Part shown: positions 28,657-37,611 of the stretch, piece after piece
Position numbering within the stretch: the stretch's first letter is position 1
Layout: each line of letters opens with the position of its first letter
From: Candidatus Algichlamydia australiensis
Lineage (GTDB): Bacteria; Chlamydiota; Chlamydiia; Chlamydiales; JAJFMI01
Assembly: GCA_033977065.1 (NCBI GenBank)
Contig: JAXCHI010000001.1
Span: forward strand, 23,403-87,402
Reading direction: 5' to 3'
DNA length: 64,000 nt
Notes under the pieces: model-generated
Told to the model about the DNA's origin: nothing
What the model saw: the letters and a program-made list of their open reading frames with translations, nothing else
The model's database searches: none
Program-made: the position numbers and the translations under genes

Positions 28657-29059
28657 ACTTCCTCAGGAGTTTTGAGGAAGTGTATCAACCTTGGAAAATT
28701 TGGTCCAGCTGATAGTTATTTCATTGGGAATGATTCTGAGTGAACACTCTCTCAGCTTAGGCAAAAGAGGCTTTAACCCGAGGAGGATTTCTGCTTTGGA
28801 GAAGGGAGTATTCACTTAATAGCTAATGGGCTTAAATACTCATCGTAGAAATTCTTATTTTTTGAGAAATTCAAGGAGTGGAGTGCTTTTAAGTGGGTGT
28901 TTTTCTAGATAGTAATCAATGAAATTTATGTGGTGTTCCTCGCTTTTTTCAAAGGGAGATATTCCAATTTTTTAGGCTGTCTAAAAATGAAGGGTCTTTT
29001 CAAGAAAAAATCTAATATATTATGATGACGCTCCAGGGGGAAATGATAGGCCACTCAAA

Positions 29060-29623
29060 ATGATGATCGAACTTTATGACCACAAATCATCTTATGAAAC
29101 ACACCTACAGAATCTTATCAGTGTACAGGGTGAGATGATTCTGACTACGCTAGCGGTATTGATCCTCTCTTTTGTTGTCTCGAGGGCTCTCTTCCACGTT
29201 TTTGGAAGCTTAACTTTTTTCCACTACTCAGCTTTATTGATCTTAATCACAGGTCTGCTTCTTCTTGGGTATCAGCTCAAAAAAGCTAGAAAACTAGAGC
29301 AAGAAACTGTAAACGCCCTTGTTCAAGGGATGAAATTAGAGAAAGAGAGTGAGCAAAAGAAGTATTTCAGAGACGCAACAAAATCGTATCGTAAGGAGCG
29401 TAAATTTATCGTAAGAATAGCCTGTTTTTTGGGTTTAAGTTGGTTAATACTTTCTTGGGTTAAGACTATATTAGCTGCCTCTGGGGCTTCTGAAGAGCAA
29501 TGTTTTTTGTATGTAGTTGTCTCAAGTGCTCTCTTAGGATTTTTTGCTTCGCTTTTAATTTCATATGTAACCACTCCTTTTAGAACTCTAACTCGTGAGC
29601 TCAAGAATATGCCTTCACTTTAG
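29060..29623 (+). CDS. Hypothetical 4-TM membrane protein
   Basis: Two hydrophobic hairpins with a linker containing VQGMKLEK. Confidence 0.6.
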   Translation: MMIELYDHKSSYETHLQNLISVQGEMILTTLAVLILSFVVSRALFHVFGSLTFFHYSALLILITGLLLLGYQLKKARKLEQETVNALVQGMKLEKESEQKKYFRDATKSYRKERKFIVRIACFLGLSWLILSWVKTILAASGASEEQCFLYVVVSSALLGFFASLLISYVTTPFRTLTRELKNMPSL

Positions 29624-29830
29624 TGTTAGAATTAAAGTCTGTGACAGGTGAAAAACAGTTCCGGAACGAATGCGTGATTAACATACATGGCACGCCTTTT
29701 CATTTTAGTCAACTTAATGGCATTGCAACAGCAAACCTCATTAATTGCATGCGTAACAATGAGAACTACAAAAATTTATATTCCATATCAAAATTTTTCA
29801 GTCTAGTTTGTTTAATTTATATTTTTCTGA

Positions 29831-31333
29831 CTATTGAGCGCTCATTGACTCCTTGCCGCTTGCTTTTTTGAATTCTTTTCCAAGGTTCTTGACAGCCCAA
29901 ATCCACCCGCATACTACAATTGCTACCATTGGGGTAAGGAGCATAGTCGCGTTTAAGATATTGCCACCTGCAAAAGTATCAAGCAAGCCTGTTTGGAGCC
30001 AAGATGAACCAGATTTTCCAAGGCGAGACCCAACCACATCAATAGCTGCTTTTCCTTTGACTTTGGATTCGGAGTCTAGTGGAATAAAGGCCATCTCCTT
30101 AGTAGGGTCAAATAGGGAATACTTCATTGTTTTGCTTGCAATACTTTGGAGTGCTCCGACAGTAACAATAAGGCCTAGGGGGGAAATACCGAGCAAAACA
30201 GGTGTCCAACCGAGGTGATCCTTTGCGGTTGCAAGAAGGAGGAACAGAACTCCTGTTCCTCCAACCACCAGAGGTGTAACCATTGCAGTGATTGTCCAAC
30301 CAAACTTACGAAGAATGTTTCCACCAGCAAAGACAGCCATAATTAGCGGAAAAAATCCGCAGAAGAAGCTGATCTTTCCCATAAATTGCTGGTATTGATT
30401 TGAGTCGGGATAGAGCATTTTAGAGCTTGCTTTCCAGGCAATTTCTGCTAAGCTGATCGCTAAACCATAGCTGATTACCATAATGGCTAAGCACATTAAG
30501 TATTTAGAGGATAAGATGAATTTAAAACTCTCTTTGATAGAGAGGCTAGGCTTTTCCTTTTTTAACTTTTGGCGGCTCTCACTTGAGAGGCATTTTTCGT
30601 CTGTTAGGACGTACCGATTCATCCACCAGTAAATTCCGGCTATTGCTAATCCTACCAAGATAGCTAGGAAGCAAACTTGTTGGACGGTGTTTACGTAGTC
30701 TCCTCCTATGTTTTTTGTGGCAATTTTTGCAACAAACAAACCACCTAACATGGGTCCAAAGTCTCCCGCTGCTGTAAATAGAGTGTAAAACCTTTTGGCT
30801 TGATTCAACGGGGTGATGTAGTTCGCATAGGTCCAAAAAAGGAGCATGATTACCACCTGGCCCCATAGCTCGGCAACCACAAAAAAGATAGAATTCATCC
30901 AGCTATAAATAGGGGCTACCCAGTGAGAATGGCCTTCACCTAATAGCGCAAAAAGTTTTGCGCATAGCTCGTGAGGAGTGAAAAATTCTTGATTTGGGTA
31001 GAGGACGTAGCCAAATAGAAAAAAGAATATTAAAAATGGTGCAAGGGATGTATATACTAGTTTTTGCAAAGAGAGCTTGTTGCTTAATTTCGTATAAATC
31101 AGCAGAACAAGTAGAGCCGATGGAAGGACAACCCACCCTTTTAAGATGGCAACAACTTCCGCTCCAGAGTGTTTTCCTGTAATGATCAGAGTGTCTTTCG
31201 TTGTTGCTAGGATAACAAAATTTATAGAGACCAAGAATTTTAAAAGAAATAAGGGAAGGAATTTCTTGAGTTCAGAGCGATGGATAGGCCAAAGGCGAGA
31301 TCTCCATTTACTAAAAATGAGTTCCTTTTCCAT
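29831..31333 (-). CDS. NTT/Npt/Tlc nucleotide (ATP/ADP-type) translocase
   Basis: WPIHRSELKKFLP, KDTLI, AELWG, AKRFY, KYSLFDPTKEMAFIPLD, KGKAAIDVVGSRLGKSG; 500 aa, about 12 TM. Confidence 0.95.
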   Translation of the reverse strand: MEKELIFSKWRSRLWPIHRSELKKFLPLFLLKFLVSINFVILATTKDTLIITGKHSGAEVVAILKGWVVLPSALLVLLIYTKLSNKLSLQKLVYTSLAPFLIFFFLFGYVLYPNQEFFTPHELCAKLFALLGEGHSHWVAPIYSWMNSIFFVVAELWGQVVIMLLFWTYANYITPLNQAKRFYTLFTAAGDFGPMLGGLFVAKIATKNIGGDYVNTVQQVCFLAILVGLAIAGIYWWMNRYVLTDEKCLSSESRQKLKKEKPSLSIKESFKFILSSKYLMCLAIMVISYGLAISLAEIAWKASSKMLYPDSNQYQQFMGKISFFCGFFPLIMAVFAGGNILRKFGWTITAMVTPLVVGGTGVLFLLLATAKDHLGWTPVLLGISPLGLIVTVGALQSIASKTMKYSLFDPTKEMAFIPLDSESKVKGKAAIDVVGSRLGKSGSSWLQTGLLDTFAGGNILNATMLLTPMVAIVVCGWIWAVKNLGKEFKKASGKESMSAQ

Positions 31334-31455
31334 TAGAATTTATTAAAGTCTTCTGTTCATCCTAGCATCTTATGCTTAAAAACTACAAGAAAAACAAAAA
31401 TATATAAAATATTAAGAGTAATAAAATTCTCTAAAACCAAACTATTAATTCGCAT

Positions 31456-32592
31456 TTATCTTGATAAATGCAAGAGGTAGGACTTAGCTGCATTTTCTAA
31501 AAATTCTCTTTTTGTTACCTGCCGAACTCTCTTGTCATCGATGCAAAAACACTTATCTCCCAAATTCAGGTAATAGATATAGTGTCCATAATCAACAGTA
31601 TGACCCAGATGCTGTACATAGCCCAGTATAGAAAATTTGTTGCCACTTATATCAATAGAGTTTTCTTTTCCAATGTCCAAATATCCAATTTTCTTAGCTG
31701 AACTTTCACCTTCTGCCCAGTCCAGTCGAAAATAGAGGTCTTTTGCACTTTCAAGTAAAATCCTTTTCTGAGACATCGCTTGATTTTCATGGTCATCTGA
31801 ATCAGAAAAGTAGCGATCAATAGCGCTTTTTAAAGAGCCATCTTCTGCATCAAAACCCAAAGTGTGCAGCCACTCTTGATCCTCTACAGAGTAAGAAAAA
31901 CTATCATCGTGTTTGGAAAAATGCTTTATTTCTGTTGTAGGTTCTATAGAAAAGGAGTCAGCAAGCTTTCGGAGAAAATCAGCACTGTCATTTTGAACGT
32001 CCTTATCATATTTAAACAATTCACGAATTCTTTCTGAATCTAGAGCAACTTCTCCTTCTCTATAATTTTCAAAAAAATCGTTAAATTCAGCAACCCTTAT
32101 ACAGTTGTTTTTAGGTCTCTCTTCTGTAAAAATTTTACCTAAAGGGGAATGAATAACAAACTGTAGTGCTGCATTAAGAAAGCAGTTGCTCCCGACGTTT
32201 CGAATTCCTTGTGGTGGGATTATGCTTTTTCTTCTCGTTTCAATATCTGCAATAGCAATATCTTTATTGATGAGTAATACCTGCGAAAGCTTGGAATCTA
32301 CTACAGAAGTCGTCCTTGCTCCTGTCTCTTGAGGCGTCCAGTCTGCAATTTTTTTGTAGGGAGTGGGCTTTCCGCTAGCACATGAGTTGTTTTCAGTGTA
32401 GAATCCCTTTCCTATAGCACAAAAGAGAGTCTCATTATTAATAATTTTTTCTTTAAATAAGGAGTAAGTTTTAGAATTTCTTTCTAAGTAAGCTTTCAGG
32501 ACTTCTCCCTGCTCTTTTGCAGCAGCAGGCGATTCGAGTGAACCAAGAGAGTAATTTTCCCCTTGAATTTGTATCGATATTTTATAAATCAT
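31456..32592 (-). CDS. Eukaryote-like ubiquitin-specific protease (USP, peptidase C19)
   Basis: Cys box GIRNVGSNCFLNAALQ, QNDSADFL, His box HLGHTVDYGHY followed by IDDKRV. Confidence 0.85.
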   Translation of the reverse strand: MIYKISIQIQGENYSLGSLESPAAAKEQGEVLKAYLERNSKTYSLFKEKIINNETLFCAIGKGFYTENNSCASGKPTPYKKIADWTPQETGARTTSVVDSKLSQVLLINKDIAIADIETRRKSIIPPQGIRNVGSNCFLNAALQFVIHSPLGKIFTEERPKNNCIRVAEFNDFFENYREGEVALDSERIRELFKYDKDVQNDSADFLRKLADSFSIEPTTEIKHFSKHDDSFSYSVEDQEWLHTLGFDAEDGSLKSAIDRYFSDSDDHENQAMSQKRILLESAKDLYFRLDWAEGESSAKKIGYLDIGKENSIDISGNKFSILGYVQHLGHTVDYGHYIYYLNLGDKCFCIDDKRVRQVTKREFLENAAKSYLLHLSR

Positions 32593-33012
32593 TATATTGC
32601 CATTTTTTACTAATTGTTTAATTATAACACTAATTTAAATAACGATAAATATATAAAAATTAATAGATAAATACAATTTTTTAAAATAAATAGAAAAATA
32701 TGAGATGATTATGGAAGTGATCAATCTCTATCCTAAAACGATGGCAAATGCATTAGAGCATATCACTAATCGTGCATAGGTGAAGATTTTTCTCCTCAGG
32801 ATAGTTTTACTTACCCCAAACGCAATATCGCTATCTATCTGATCTTCTGAAGGGACACAAAAATTAAACTATGTGTTTTGAGGAAATCAAGTAAGTCGTC
32901 TCGTTTGTGATAAAAATATTTTGCGAAGTCCTTCTGGTTTATCAACTAATATTTTTTGTATAGAAAACTGATGGGAGGTAAGTTATAATAGGGGCACAGA
33001 TAAGGCTGGAAG

Positions 33013-34617
33013 ATGATAAAAAAACTACCTATAGGGATTCAAAGTATTCGAGAAATCTTAGAAGAGGGTTGCATTTACGTTGATAAAACAGGGTTTGCAA
33101 AAGACTTAATAGATAATGGTAAACATTACTTTATGTCCCGTCCAAGAAGGTTTGGAAAATCTCTGTTTCTTAATACAATTGAAGAGATTTTCAAAGGAAA
33201 TAAAGAACTCTTTAAAGGGCTTAAAATTTACGAAAGTAAATACAATTGGCAGAAGCATCCAGTTCTATATTTTGACTTTGCGCAGATTCTAAACACGCAT
33301 CCAGAGCAACTAGAGCTTGGATTAAAAGCTGAATTGCAAAGAATGGGGAAATCACATGGCATTGCCGTAGAAGGACCATCCGTGCAATTTCAGCTGAAGG
33401 TACTGATAGAAGATTTATCTCAAAAAAGCCGAGTGGTTGTTTTAGTGGATGAGTATGACAGTGCAATTATAAATAACCTGAAGCAGCCTGAAATTGCTGA
33501 GAAGAATCGAAATATTATGAAAGGTTTTTTTGCGACTCTGAAAGGCTTGGATCGTTACCTTAAATTTACCTTTGTTACTGGAGTAAGCAAATTTTCACAA
33601 GTATCACTTTTCTCAGGTCCGAATAATTTAACAGATATAACAATGGATTCAAGATATGCTGCCATGATGGGATATACAGAAGACGAGCTGAAAAGAAACT
33701 TTACTGGTTATATCCAAAAAATTGCTAAAGAAAGAGGCGAACACGAGAATATTGCAAAAGAAGAACTGATTGTAAAAGAAGTTCGTGATTGGTACAACGG
33801 ATATCGGTTCTCAGAAGAAGATCTCTCTGTTTACAACCCATACTCAACCCTTCTATTTTTTAATACAGCAAAGCCTAAGAGTTATTGGTACAGGAGTGGA
33901 ACACCCTCATTCCTAATTGATCAAATTAATAACCGCCCGCAATCAATTATCCCGCTTAGAGGAATGTCTGCAATAGAGAGCACACTTTCAGATATAAGCA
34001 GAGTGGATAGAATCAATCTCGCTGCACTGATGTTTCAGACTGGGTATCTAACCATTAAGGGGTATAAACCTGAAGAGAGATCATACCAGTTAGACTTCCC
34101 AAATAGGGAAGTGAAAGATGCTTTTTTTAGCTCTCTTTTGCAAGAGTTTACAGAAATTGATCCAGTCGAAATTAGCCGCAGTGCTTTAGGGATAAAGCAG
34201 AGTTTAGAAGCTTTGGATATCCCTAAATTTGTAGATATCATCAATACGCATTTTGCTAAGATGCCTTACCATGTTTTTGGGCACGCAAAAGAAAGCTTTT
34301 ACCAAGCGGTCTTTTTTACATTTCTGGAAACTGCAGGGATCAGAACGAGCTCTGAAATTGCAACGAATATTGGTCGTATAGACCTTATGACTGAAACTCC
34401 AGAAGTAGTCTGTATTTTCGAGCTTAAGCTTGATAAAACAGCAGATATTGCCCTAACTCAGGCAGAGACAAAAAAATACAGAGAGCGATTTGCTTATAGC
34501 ACTAAAAACACAGCAGTATTTGGAATCAATTTTTCTTCCAAGACGCGCAATATTAGTGATTGGAAAGGAAAAATTTACTCTAATAATGGTAATTTTGTAA
34601 AAGATTTGTCTACTTGA
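33013..34617 (+). CDS. AAA-ATPase-like domain + PD-(D/E)XK nuclease protein
   Basis: LPIGIQS, YVDKT, SRPRRFGKSL, LVDEYD, WYNGY, GRIDL...IFELK. Confidence 0.9.
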   Translation: MIKKLPIGIQSIREILEEGCIYVDKTGFAKDLIDNGKHYFMSRPRRFGKSLFLNTIEEIFKGNKELFKGLKIYESKYNWQKHPVLYFDFAQILNTHPEQLELGLKAELQRMGKSHGIAVEGPSVQFQLKVLIEDLSQKSRVVVLVDEYDSAIINNLKQPEIAEKNRNIMKGFFATLKGLDRYLKFTFVTGVSKFSQVSLFSGPNNLTDITMDSRYAAMMGYTEDELKRNFTGYIQKIAKERGEHENIAKEELIVKEVRDWYNGYRFSEEDLSVYNPYSTLLFFNTAKPKSYWYRSGTPSFLIDQINNRPQSIIPLRGMSAIESTLSDISRVDRINLAALMFQTGYLTIKGYKPEERSYQLDFPNREVKDAFFSSLLQEFTEIDPVEISRSALGIKQSLEALDIPKFVDIINTHFAKMPYHVFGHAKESFYQAVFFTFLETAGIRTSSEIATNIGRIDLMTETPEVVCIFELKLDKTADIALTQAETKKYRERFAYSTKNTAVFGINFSSKTRNISDWKGKIYSNNGNFVKDLST

Positions 34618-34813
34618 GCATTGTCATATGCTTATGCCTGTTCAGAAGAACCTGCGGATAGTTTAATGGTCTTGGCTTTTGAGAAGGCCTTGGCATTGCT
34701 ATCGTCTAAGGTTCTGTAGATCTTTTATTGAGATATCAGGAGTGGCTAACTGTATAATTAGACTTGGGTTATGAAGCTATAATGTTTCTAAAGGGGATGG
34801 CTATAGCATGGGC

Positions 34814-35326
34814 CTAAAATCCAATGCCATAGCGAAAAACTACGCATGGAAATACTGCGACATCTCCTTTTGGTGTAATAATTACAGGTGAGCCTTGGAC
34901 TTCTATAAAACGTCTCTTCCCTGAGCTACTGATGCGCTGATGACCAAATACAAATTCTGGTGAGAATGCCTGTGCCTTTATTCGCCCTTTTGAAGGAATT
35001 TCTGCTTGCCCCTCTTCTAATCCTATGCCCGCTCCAATATAAACCTGGCCTTGTAGCTTTGGCTTGGGATAGTAGAGATAGGTGAGGTTAGATTTTAAAA
35101 AGAAGCTGCGTGGTAAACCCATTCCTTGAACTCCTACATCGAGTCCGTTATGCCCAAACTGGAGGCGGCATCCTAGACCTACAACTGGAAGAGTGAATGG
35201 TCGCGTAAAGCACCCTATAACAAAATAGGCGTAACTGTCTTTTGGCTTTTCAAACATGAGGTCCTCGTCAGCCTGTAAAACATAGGTTGAGAAGATAGTC
35301 AAAAAGAAAATAAGTAATTTTTTCAT
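34814..35326 (-). CDS. Hypothetical exported, beta-strand-rich protein (possible small outer-membrane barrel)
   Basis: Signal peptide, alternating-residue strands, ends in FRYGIGF (terminal Phe). Confidence 0.5.
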   Translation of the reverse strand: MKKLLIFFLTIFSTYVLQADEDLMFEKPKDSYAYFVIGCFTRPFTLPVVGLGCRLQFGHNGLDVGVQGMGLPRSFFLKSNLTYLYYPKPKLQGQVYIGAGIGLEEGQAEIPSKGRIKAQAFSPEFVFGHQRISSSGKRRFIEVQGSPVIITPKGDVAVFPCVVFRYGIGF

Positions 35327-35508
35327 TAAAACGAACCTTAACGCTTTGTTAATACAATGATAATAAATCGACTTATTTAATAATGAAAGTAAAATAAAAT
35401 ATCTGTTTTATAAATATTTAAATTACAAATTAGAATAGAGTTGTTTTTAATGATGTGTATAAAAATTTAAAGAAGCGCTTTAGTGAGTTGGTTGAGGGGA
35501 TTGAAAGC

Positions 35509-36387
35509 TTATAGGAAGAAGGCTAGAGTTGTCTCCAGGAATTTCTTCCCATCGTAGTAGGCGAGTATTTTTTCCCGGTCTTCCTGGTACATTTCTCTAA
35601 GATGTTGGGATTCATCTGTGTTTTTATCTGCCATAAACATGGGAAGAGTAAGTAGATTGGAATAGGATTTTGGATTGGGACTTTTAAGGGCTAGTCTACT
35701 TTTACATAGGTTGGCTTTGCTCTCTTCAGGACTCCAAATTGGAGAGAGGCTCGTTTTTTTTCCTTGGTCTTGTTCATAGAAAAGCCACGAGTTTCTCTCA
35801 CCATATCCTAAAACAATCCCTAACAACCCCTCATGTCTTTGGAGCTCTTCTGAAAGCAAATTTCCTTTTGATCCGGTAGTAAACAGATCTTTTGAAGAGA
35901 GATGTTCCTTAGATAAGGTATTTCGAAAAAGATCGAGATGTTGGTCTAGGGTCTTAATGAAATTCCTTTTATTGGCTACTAGGATTAAAACTGCACCCTC
36001 AAACCAGGGGTTTGGTTCTGACCAGATCATAAAATTTGTATTTTGAAAACAGGATTCATATTTTTTCCAGGTTTTCCAAGCAAAGTATATTCTGAGATTG
36101 CGCGGTGTGAGTGATTGAAAAAAGGGCTTAGAGAAAGGGGTAAGGTAGACGCCAAGAGAAAGGGGTTTGTTCCCTAAAAGGGTGTATCCTCCAGAATCTA
36201 CAAGAATCAATTTGCGGAAGAGGTATTCTAGCCTCTGTTTATCTCTTTTTGTGACTTCCAATGAGAGGGGAGGGTCTTTTGGACGAGCAATTTCGAGATG
36301 CACTTTTCTGCTGCCATCAAAATAGACTCCGCAGAGTAGAGAAACTATAATAAGAGTAAGTAGTTTTACTTTTCCTTTGAAAAGCAT
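35509..36387 (-). CDS. Hypothetical membrane-anchored protein, GYTLxGxKP/LGxxLGYGxxN paralog family
   Basis: Shares motifs with 41532-42446 and 11925-12194. Confidence 0.7.
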   Translation of the reverse strand: MLFKGKVKLLTLIIVSLLCGVYFDGSRKVHLEIARPKDPPLSLEVTKRDKQRLEYLFRKLILVDSGGYTLLGNKPLSLGVYLTPFSKPFFQSLTPRNLRIYFAWKTWKKYESCFQNTNFMIWSEPNPWFEGAVLILVANKRNFIKTLDQHLDLFRNTLSKEHLSSKDLFTTGSKGNLLSEELQRHEGLLGIVLGYGERNSWLFYEQDQGKKTSLSPIWSPEESKANLCKSRLALKSPNPKSYSNLLTLPMFMADKNTDESQHLREMYQEDREKILAYYDGKKFLETTLAFFL

Positions 36388-36414
36388 TTTTTCTAAAACC
36401 TTAGAATGAGAGTG

Positions 36415-36720
36415 TTATTGAGTTAACCCACACCGCCCGCATACTGAGCTATAAAGGGGGATAGGATATTTACAGTACCAGCATTCATAGGTGAAGATTT
36501 TGGAGCCTTTTTTAGATTTTAAAATGAAAAATCCTTTGTCATCAGAAAACAGCGAATGAGTTGGTGTCCACTCGTTGTTGGCATATACCATTATCTTGTT
36601 GCTTTCGAAAGATATATCTTGTGTGTCAATGTACAATTTTGATAATCCTAGGTCCTCTTTCTCATGAGAGATTAAACCAACAAACGGCAACAAGAATAAA
36701 CCGAACTGTAGAATTCTCAT
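36415..36720 (-). CDS. Small exported protein with C-terminal zinc ribbon
   Basis: ATG at 36720 after GGAGG; signal peptide; CWYC...CGRC. Confidence 0.6.
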   Translation of the reverse strand: MRILQFGLFLLPFVGLISHEKEDLGLSKLYIDTQDISFESNKIMVYANNEWTPTHSLFSDDKGFFILKSKKGSKIFTYECWYCKYPIPLYSSVCGRCGLTQ

Positions 36721-36932
36721 ATTAACCTCCAAAGTGTGTTCGTACAAAAATGTACGGACCCATAGTCTTAAGAAATTAGTTTTTTTTCAAGTGTATATTT
36801 ATAAATAAGTTTCGAAGATTCTAACAAGAAAAAGCCTTTTCCTAATCGAGAAACATTAGCCACTATTTTGATATCAACGCCAGTTATTTCCATTTGTGAG
36901 CAGATTCGTAAATTTTCGGTTTCTTGCAAAGA

Positions 36933-37412
36933 TTAGAGGTCGGTCTGACAACAGTCTTTGTCTGTAGTATATAAACAATCCCATGAGAATTCTACACGAG
37001 GTGGTCGCTCTCCTTTAAGAAGCCGCCTACCGTCGATTCGGAAGACATAATCGTGAGTGTAGTTCATGCGCGGCTTCATTTGATCAATGTTAATTAGTAT
37101 GGGACTCTTTCTATTTGGAATCTCTAATCGCAGTGTTCCGTAAGCTGTGCGGTAGCCTCTGTTTCTACACCTTACTAATAGGTAAAGTTGTTCTTTATCA
37201 AGGTCTATGATTGGCTGCTGGGCAAAACTATTGCCTCTCGTACTAAACACTTCGCTTAATCTCTTTTTGTTCACAAAGTAGCATGAGACGCGTATGCAGT
37301 TGTAAGAAGGATTTAAGATCATACTGGAGGATTTTCCTTTGTAGTTTTTTGCTTCTCCAATACTGGGTAGAGTGAAGATCAAAGCGTGCACAAAAATTAG
37401 AAACCGTCTCAT
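36933..37412 (-). CDS. Hypothetical exported protein
   Basis: Signal-peptide-like N-terminus, RBS GAGGGAG, 159 aa. Confidence 0.55.
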   Translation of the reverse strand: MRRFLIFVHALIFTLPSIGEAKNYKGKSSSMILNPSYNCIRVSCYFVNKKRLSEVFSTRGNSFAQQPIIDLDKEQLYLLVRCRNRGYRTAYGTLRLEIPNRKSPILINIDQMKPRMNYTHDYVFRIDGRRLLKGERPPRVEFSWDCLYTTDKDCCQTDL

Positions 37413-37611
37413 TCTTTCTCCCTCAATCTAAACAATATTCAATTTAAACCCTGGTGCTATTTAAGGTCATGTTTTTTTTGCAAATTTTTTATTTAAAACC
37501 ATCAATTTATTCGGATTAAAATATATTATATGTTTATTGTATATAATATTATTTATTTAATCTAATTTATTATTCTGTTATAATTTTTAAAAGTAAAAAG
37601 CTTTATTAATT

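Noticed and set aside
29623..29871. 82-aa ORF downstream of 29060-29623
   Set aside because: GTG start, no recognisable motif, and it overlaps the NTT 3' end; unsupported.
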